From the NCBI RefSeq assembly GCF_009914755.1, contig NC_060940.1: a stretch of DNA of 64,000 nt. The stretch is one strand, 5' to 3'. Under the pieces are notes generated by a model. The model did no database searches and was not told the DNA's origin. It saw only the letters and a program-made list of their open reading frames with translations. Source of the stretch: the human T2T-CHM13v2.0 reference genome, Homo sapiens. The position numbers were made by a program, and so were the translations under genes. Positions 55,801 through 64,000 of the stretch are shown in pieces (within the stretch, counting starts at the first letter, position 1; each line of letters starts with the position of its first letter).

Positions 55801-58800
55801 TGATTTCATTCGAGTCGATTTGATGATTCCATTTGATTCCATTCGATGATGATTACATTCGACTCCATACGATGATTCCACTCAATTCCATATGATGATG
55901 ATTCCATTCGATTCCATTCGATGATTCCACTTGATTCCATTTACGATGATTCCATTCTATTCCATGTGATGATTCCATTCAGTTCTATTCAATGCTGTTT
56001 CCATTTGATTCCATTCGACCATGATTGCCTTTGATTCCATTCAATGACTCCATTCGGTTCCTTTTGATGATGATTCCATTCGATTCCATTTCATTATTCC
56101 ATTTGATTCCATTGGATGAGTCCATTCGATTACATTCGATGATTATTCCATTCGAGTGCATTAGATGATTCCATTCGAGTCCATTCGATGATTCCATTCG
56201 ATTCCATTCGATGTTGATTCTGTTCAAATCCATTCGATGATTCCACTCGATTCCATTCGATGACTCCAGTTGATCCCATTCGATGATTTCCTTTGATTCC
56301 CTTTGATGATCATTCCATTTGATTCAATTCGGTGATTTCATTTGATTCCATTCAGTGATGTTTCCATTCGACTCCATTCGATGATGATTCCATTCGACTC
56401 CATTCGATTATGATTTCATTCAATTCCATTCGATAATGATTCCCTTCGAGTCCATTCGATGATTCCATTCGATTCCATTCAACGATGATTTGATTCGTGT
56501 CCATTCGATGATTCCATTTGATTCCACTTGATGATGATTCCATTCGAGTCCATTTGATGATTCCATTCAATTCCATTCTCCGATGATTTCTTTTGAGCCC
56601 ATTCAATGCTTCCACTCGATTCCATATGATGATGACCCCATTCGATGAAATTCGATGATGATTCCCTTTGATTCCATTCAAAGATGATTCCATTCTAGCC
56701 CATTCAATCATTCCATTCGATTCTATTCAATGATGATTCCATTCATGTCGATTTGGTGATTCCATTTGACTTCATTTGATGATGATTCCTTTCAAGTTCA
56801 TTAGATGATTCCATTCGATTCCATTTGATGATGATCCCATTGGAGTCCATTCAGTGATTCCATTCGTTTCCATTCCATGATGATTCCATTCCATTCCATT
56901 CAATGATTCCATTCGATTCCGTTTTATGATGATTTCATTCGAGTCCCTTTGATGATTCCATTGGATTCCATTCGATGATGATTCCATTCGAGTCCATTCG
57001 ATGATTCTATTCGAATCCATTTGATGATTTCTTTTGATTATAGTTGGTGATGATTCCATTGGAGTCCATTCAATGATTCCATTCGATTCCAATCGATGGT
57101 GATTCCATTAGAGTCCATTTAACGATTCCATTTGATTCCAGTCTCTGATGATTACATTCGAGTCCATACGATGATTCCACTCAATTCCATATGATGATGA
57201 TTCCATTCTATTCCATTCGATGATTCCATTCTATTCTATTCAATGGTGATTCCATTCGAGTACATTAGATGATTCCATTCGATTCCATTCAATGATGATT
57301 CTATTTGTGTCCCTTAGATGGTTCCACATGATTCCATTTCATGATGATACTATTTGAGCCCATCCAATGATTCCCTTCGATTCCATTCGATGAGGATTCC
57401 ATTCGATTCAATTCATTGGTGATTCTATTCAATTCAATTCTTTGATTCCATTCCATTCCATTCGACAATGATTCCATTCGATTTCTTTCGATGATTCCCC
57501 TCGATTCCACTTGACATTGATTCCATTCGATTCCATTCAATGATTCCGTTTGATTCCAGTGGATGATGATTGCCGTCGATTCCATTCGATCACTCCATTC
57601 TATTCCATTTGATGATGATTACATTCGATTCCATTTGATGATTCCATCTGATTCTATTCGAGGATTCCATTTGATTCCATTCGATGATGATTCCATTCGA
57701 GTGCATTCGATGATTTCATTCGAGTACATCCAATGATTCCATTCGAGTCCATTTGATGATTCCATTTGATTCCATTTGATTATGATTCTACTAGAGTCCA
57801 TTCAATGACTCCATTCGAATCCATTCAACAATTCCATTCGAGGCCATTCGATGATTCCATTTCATGATTCCATTCGAGTCCATTTAATCATTACAGTCGA
57901 GTCCATTTGGTGATTCCACTGGATTTCTTTTGATAATGATACCATTCAATTACATTTGATGATGCTCCCATTCAATTTCATTTGATGGTGATTCCATTAG
58001 AGTCCATTTGATGATTTCATTCGAGTCCCTTCATTGATTCCATCCGATTTCATTGGATGATGACTCCATTCGAGTCCATTCGATGATTCCACTCGATTCC
58101 ATTAAATGATTCCATTGGAGTCCATTTGATTGTTCCATTCGATTCCATTCGATTCCTTTCGAAGATTATTCCATTTGAGTCCATTCGATGATGATTCCAT
58201 TCCATTCCATTCGATGATTCCGTTTGATTCCATTCGATGATTCCCTTCGATTCCATTCTTTGATGATTCCATTCCATTCCATTCAATGATTCCATTCGAA
58301 TCTATTCCATGATGATTCCTTTCGATTCCATTCGCTGATGTTTCCGTTCAATTCCATTCGATGATGATTCCATTCGATTCCATTCATTGAGGATTCCATT
58401 TGATTCCATTCAATGATGATTCCATTCTATTCCATTCAATGATTGCATTCAATTCCATTCAATGATTATCCCATTAGAGTAAACTCAACGATTCCATTCA
58501 ATACCATTCGATGATGATTCCTTTTGAGTCCATTCAATGATTTCATTCAAGTCCATTTGATGATTCCTTTCAATTCCATTCTATGATGATTCCATTCGAG
58601 TCCATTCGATGATTCCATTCGATTGCATTCGATGATTCCATTATATTCCATTCAACGATGATTCCATTCGAGTCCATTCGATGATTCCATTAGAGTACAT
58701 TTAATGATTGCTTTGTTTTCAATTCGAAGATGATTACATTCGATTCCATTCTATGATACCATTCGATTCCATTCAATGATGATTCCTCTCAAATCCATTG

Positions 58801-59911
58801 GATGATTCCATTCGTGTCCATTCGGTGATTTCATTAGATTCCATTCGAGGATGATTCCATTCGATTCCATTCGATGATTCCATTCAATTCCATTCGATGA
58901 TGATTCCATTCCAGTCCATATGATCATTCCATTTGATTTCATTCGATGATGATTCCATTCGATTCCATTCGATGATTCCATTCTATTCCATTCGATGATG
59001 ATTCCATTCGAGTCCATTCGATGATTCCATTCGAGTCCATTTAATGATTCCATTGGGTTCAATTCAATGATGATTACATTGGATTCCGTTCTATGATTCC
59101 ATTCAATTCCGTTCATTGACTATTTGATTCCATTCGATGATGATTCCATTTGAGTTCATTCGATGATTCTATTCGATTCTCTTCGATGGTGATTCAATTC
59201 TATTATATTGGATGATTCCATTCGATTCCATTTGATGTTGATTTAATTCGATTCTATTCGATGATGATTCCATTGGATTTCACTTGATGATTCTATTCGA
59301 TTCCATTCAATGATGATTCACTTCTCGTCCATTGGATGATTCCATTTCATTCCATTCGATGATGATTCCATTCGATTCCATTCGATGATTCCATTTGATT
59401 CCATGCGTCGGTGAGCAATTCGATTCAATTCCATGATGATTCTATTTGATTCAATTAGATGATGTTTCCATTCGAATCCATTCCATGATTATTCCATTGG
59501 AATCCATTCGGTGATGATTCCATATGAGTCAATTCAATGATGATTCCATATGGGTCCGTTCGATGATAATTCCATTTGATTTCATTCGGTACTTCTATTC
59601 AATTCCAGTCGATGATGATTCCGTTGGAGTCCATACGATGATTCCATTTGATTTCATTTGATGATGATTCCATTCGATGATGATTACATTGGATTCCATT
59701 CTATGATTCCATTCAATTCCATTCGTTGATGATTCGATTCCATTCAATGATGATTCTATTTGAGTTCATTCAATGATTCTATTCGATTCCGTTCGATGGT
59801 GATTCAATTCTCTTATATTGGATGAATCCACTCGATACCATTTGATGATTATTCCATTGGAGTCCACTTAGTGAATCCTTCAGATTCTACTCGAAGATGA
59901 TTCCATTCAAG
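52809..59911 (+). repeat. Chimeric A/B HSat2 unit (7,103 bp)
   Basis: Landmark spacing 52853 to 59956. The unit is A-type to ~55929, jumps back into B-type sequence, has a 570-bp deletion at ~56650, and returns to A-type markers by ~57321. Confidence 0.82.
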
Positions 59912-62900
59912 TCCATTCGATGATACCATTCAATTCCATTCGTTGATGCTTCCATTCAAGTGCATTCGATGATATCATTCGATTCCATTTGATGATAATT
60001 CCATTTGATTCCATGCGATGATTCTATTCGATTCCATTCAATGATAATTCCATTCAGTTCAGTGATTCCTCTGGACTCCATTTGATGATGATTCCATTGA
60101 ATGATTCCATTTGATTCTATTCGAAAATGATTCCATTTGAATCCATTTGATGATGATTCCATTAGATTCCATTTGATGATTCCATTCGATTCCATGCGAC
60201 GATGATTCCATTCGATTCCATTTGATGATTCCATTCTATTCTATTCGATGATGATTCCATTCGATTCCATTCGATGATGATTGGATTCGATTCCATTTGA
60301 TGATTTCATTTGATTCCATTCGTTAATGATTTCGATCAATTCCATTCGATGATTCCATTCGATTCCATTCGATAATGATTACATCCGTGTCCATTCAATG
60401 ATTCCATTTGAGCCTGTTCGATAATTCCATTTGTGTCCAACCAATGATTCCATTCATTTCCATTCAATGATTCCATTCGAGTCCATTTGATCATTCCGGT
60501 AGGGTCCATTCGATGTTGATTCCATTGGAGTGCATTCGATGATTCCATTCGAGTCCATTTTATGATTTGATTCGAGTCCTTTCGATGATTCCATTCGATT
60601 CCACTCGATGATGATTTCATTCGAGTCCATTCGACACTTCCAATCGATTCCATTTGATGTTTCCATTCGAGTCCAATTGATGATTCCATTCAATTCCATT
60701 CGATGATGATTCCGTACGATTCCATTCTGTGATGATTCCCTGTGATTCCATTCAATGATGATTCCTTTAGATTGCATTCGATTGTGATTCATTTCGTCTT
60801 CATTCTATGGTTCCACAGGTTTCCATTCGTGTCCATTCCATTATTCCATTCTATTCCATTTGATGATGATTCCATTCGATTCCATTCATTGGTGATTCCA
60901 CTCAATTCCATTCAATGATTCCATTCCATTTCTTTCAACAATGATTCCATTAGTTTCTAATCGATGATCCACTTGATTCCATTTGACGACGATTCCATTC
61001 TTGTCCATTCGATGATTCCATTTGATTCCATATGATGATGATTCCATTCGATTCCATACCATGATGATTCCATTCGAGTCCATTCAATGGTGATTCCATT
61101 CAATTCCATTCGATGATTCCTTTTGATTCCATTCGATGATGATGGCATTCGATTCCTTTCAATCATTCCCTTTGATTCCATTCAAAGGTGATTTCATTCA
61201 AGTCCATTCGATAATTGCATTCGATTCCATTCTATGATGATTCCATTCGAGTCCATTTGATGATTCCATTCAATTCAAGTCAATGATGATTCCATTCGAT
61301 TCCATTCGATGATTCCATTGGATTCCATTCGATGATGATTCCATTCAAATCCATTCGATAATTCAATTCAAGTCCATTCGATGATGATTCCAATCGAATC
61401 CATTCAAAGATTCCATTCAGTTCCATTCGATGATTCCCTTAGATTCCATTCGATGATTCCACTTGATTGCATTTACGATGATTCCATTCGATTCCATGTG
61501 ATGATTCCATTCAATTCTATTCAATGATGTCTCCATTTGATTCCATTCGACCATGATTGCCTTTGATTCCATTCAATGATTCCATTCGGTTCCGTTTGAT
61601 GATGATTCCGTTCGATTCCATTTGATGATTCCATTTGATTCCATTGGATGAGTCCATTCGATTACATTCGATGATTATTCCATTCGAGTGCATTAGATGA
61701 TTCCATTCGAGTCCATTCGATGATTCCATTCGATTCCATTCGATGTTGATTCTGTTCAAATCCATTCGATGATTCCACTCGATTCCATTCGTTGACTCCA
61801 TTTGATCCCATTCGATGATTTCCTTTGATTCCCTTTGATGATCATTCCATTTGATTCAATTCGGTGATTTCATTTGATTCCATTCAGTGATGTTTCCATT
61901 CGACTCCATTCGATGATGATTCCATTCGACTCCATTCGATTATGATTTCATTCAATTCCATTCGATAATGATTCCCTTCGAGTCCATTCGATGATTCCAT
62001 TCGATTCCATTCAACGATGATTTGATTCGTGTCCATTCGATGATTCCATTTGATTCCACTTGATGATGATTCCATTCGAGTCCATTTGATGATTCCATTC
62101 AATTCCATACTCCGATGATTTCTTTTGAGCCCACTCAATGCTTCCACTCGATTCCATATGATGATGACTCCATTCGATGAAATTCGATGATGATTCCATT
62201 CGCTTGCTTTCGATGATGATTCCACTTGAGTCCGTTAGAAGATTCTATTCAATTACATTCCATGACGATTCCGTTCGAGTCCATTTGATGATTCCATTAG
62301 ACTCCATTCGACGATGATTCCATTCGATGTTATTCGATGATTCCATTCGATCTCATTCGATGATGATTCCATTCAACTCCATTCGATGTTTCCATTCGAG
62401 TTCATTCTATTATTCCATTAGATTCCATTCGATGATGATTCCATTCGATTCCATTTGATGATTGCATTCTATTTCATTTGATGATGATTCCATTCGAGTC
62501 CACTCGATGATTCCATTCGAGTCCATTTAATGAATCCATTGGTTTCAATTCTATGATGATTACATTGGATTCCATTCGTTGATGATTTCATTCGGTTCCA
62601 TTCAATGATGATTCCATTCAATTCCTTTCAATGTTTCCATTCAATTCCATACGATGATGATTCCATTTGATTTGATTCGACAGTGAGCCATTCGATTCAA
62701 TTCCATGGCGATTCTATTTGATTCAATTGGTTGACATTTCCATTCGATTCCATTCGATGATGATTCCCTTTGATTCCGTTCAAAGATGATTCCATTCTAG
62801 CCCATTCAATCATTCCATTCGATTCTATTCAATGATGATTCCATTCATGTCGATTTGGTGATTCCATTTGACTTCATTTGATGATGATTCCTTTCAAGTT

Positions 62901-64000
62901 CATTAGATGATTCCATTCGATTCCATTTGATGATGATCCCATTCGAGTCCATTCAGTGATTCCATTCGTTTCCATTCCATGATGATTCCATTCCTTTCCA
63001 TTCAATGATTCCATTCGATTCCGTTTGATGATGATTTCATTCGAGTCCATTTGATGATTCCATTTGATTCCATTCGATGATGATTCCATTCGAGTCCATT
63101 CGATGATTCTATTCGAATCCATTTGATGATTTCTTTTGATTATATTTGGTGATGATTCCATTGGAGTCCATTCAATGATTCCATTCTATTCCAATCGATG
63201 ATGATTCCATTAGAGTCCATTTAATGATTCCATTTGATTCCAGTCTCTGATGATTACATTCGAGTCCATACGATGATTCCACTCAATTCCATATGATGAT
63301 GATTCCATTTGATTCCATTCGGTGATTCCGTTCTATTCTATTCAATGGTGATTCCATTCGAGTACATTAGATGATTCCATTCGATTCCATTCAATGATGA
63401 TTCTATTTGTGTCCCTTAGATGATTCCGCATGATTCCATTAGATGATGATACTATTTGAGCCCATCCAATGATTCCCTTCGATTCCATTCGATGAGGATT
63501 CCATTCGATTCAATTCATTGGTGATTCTATTCAATTCAATTCTTTGATTCCATTCCATTCCATTCGACAATGATTCCATTCGATTTCTTTCGATGATTCC
63601 ACTCGATTCCACTTGACATTGATTCCATTCGATTCCATTCAATGATTCCATTTGATTCCAGTGGATGATGATTGCCATCGATTCCATTCGATCACTCCAT
63701 TCTATTCCATTTGATGATGATTACATTCGATTCCATTTGATGATTCCATCTGATTCTATTCGAGGATTCCATTTGATTCCATTCGATGATGATTCCATTC
63801 GAGTCCATTCGATGATTTCATTCGAGTACATCCAATGATTCCATTCGAGTCCATTAGATGATTCCATTTGATTCCATTTGAAAATGATTCTACTAGAGTC
63901 CATTCAATGACTCCATTCGAGTCCATTCAACAATTCCATTCGACTCCATTCGATGATTCCATTCGATTCCATTTGATGGATCCATTCGAGTCCATTTAAT
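59912..64000 (+). repeat. HSat2 unit type B, partial copy running off the window
   Basis: Shows the B-type 16-bp deletion (CACAGGTTTCCATTCGTGTCC at ~60814) and the 72-, 23- and 170-bp B segments. Confidence 0.85.

Larger units (their letters stand above)
1..64000 (+). repeat. Human Satellite 2 (HSat2/HSATII) pericentromeric satellite array, probably the HSat2B (chr16q11.2-type) subfamily
   Basis: Seen: continuous CATTC-derived repeat dominated by CATTCGATTC and CATTCGATGATGATTC motifs, with dense TCGA and GANTC sites, from end to end. Established: CATTCGATTC/GATGAT richness defines HSat2, as opposed to the (CATTC)n-rich HSat3. Inference: chr16/HSat2B origin from the ~6.1-kb unit; confidence in the chromosome is lower than in the family. 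Confidence 0.97.

Noticed and set aside
36053-56668. Treating the 650-, 570- and 1,604-bp events as multiples of 23/26 bp
   Set aside because: Numbers this large can almost always be written as sums of 23 and 26, so the match is uninformative.
45-63903. Well over a hundred minus-strand ORFs (MESNGIIEWNRMESS-like, 60-164 aa) and two short plus-strand ORFs
   Set aside because: They are low-complexity translations of the GAATG/GAATC strand, which is ATG-rich and stop-poor. They overlap in several frames, are broken at random between copies and have no domain content. I used them only as positional landmarks.
1-64000. CRISPR-like repeat/spacer reading of the 23-26-bp periodicity
   Set aside because: There are no unique spacers between constant repeats and no cas genes; the whole sequence is degenerate satellite.
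1-64000. HSat3 / HSF1 nuclear-stress-body satellite
   Set aside because: Pure (CATTC)n runs are at most ~3-4 units, and CATTCGATTC/GATGAT motifs dominate, which indicates HSat2.

Overview
The whole 64 kb window is one uninterrupted human-type Satellite 2 (HSat2/HSATII) array. It consists of diverged CATTC pentamers in a 23/26-bp CATTCGATTC-CATTCGATGA(TGA)TTC register, with CATTC on the + strand throughout. I found no genes, transposons, RNA genes or CRISPR arrays, and all listed ORFs are translation artefacts of the repeat. A 6,112-bp unit suggests the HSat2B subfamily of chr16q pericentromeric heterochromatin (inference). I see no new protein-coding system; what is interesting is the multi-level architecture. 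Three unit types (A ~5.85 kb, B ~6.11 kb, C 4,130 bp) form a ~16.1-kb A-B-C super-repeat that occurs twice. A rearranged third copy follows, with a 650-bp deletion and a young 6 x 2,255-bp tandem expansion. After it come a 7,103-bp A/B chimeric unit and a partial B unit. Breakpoints sit in 7-24-bp homologies, and small indels are quantised to the 23/26-bp register. Shared variants reveal stepwise duplication and local conversion. A DUX4-type motif (TAATTGAATCA, - strand) is carried once per A/B unit and is amplified by the 2,255-bp expansion.
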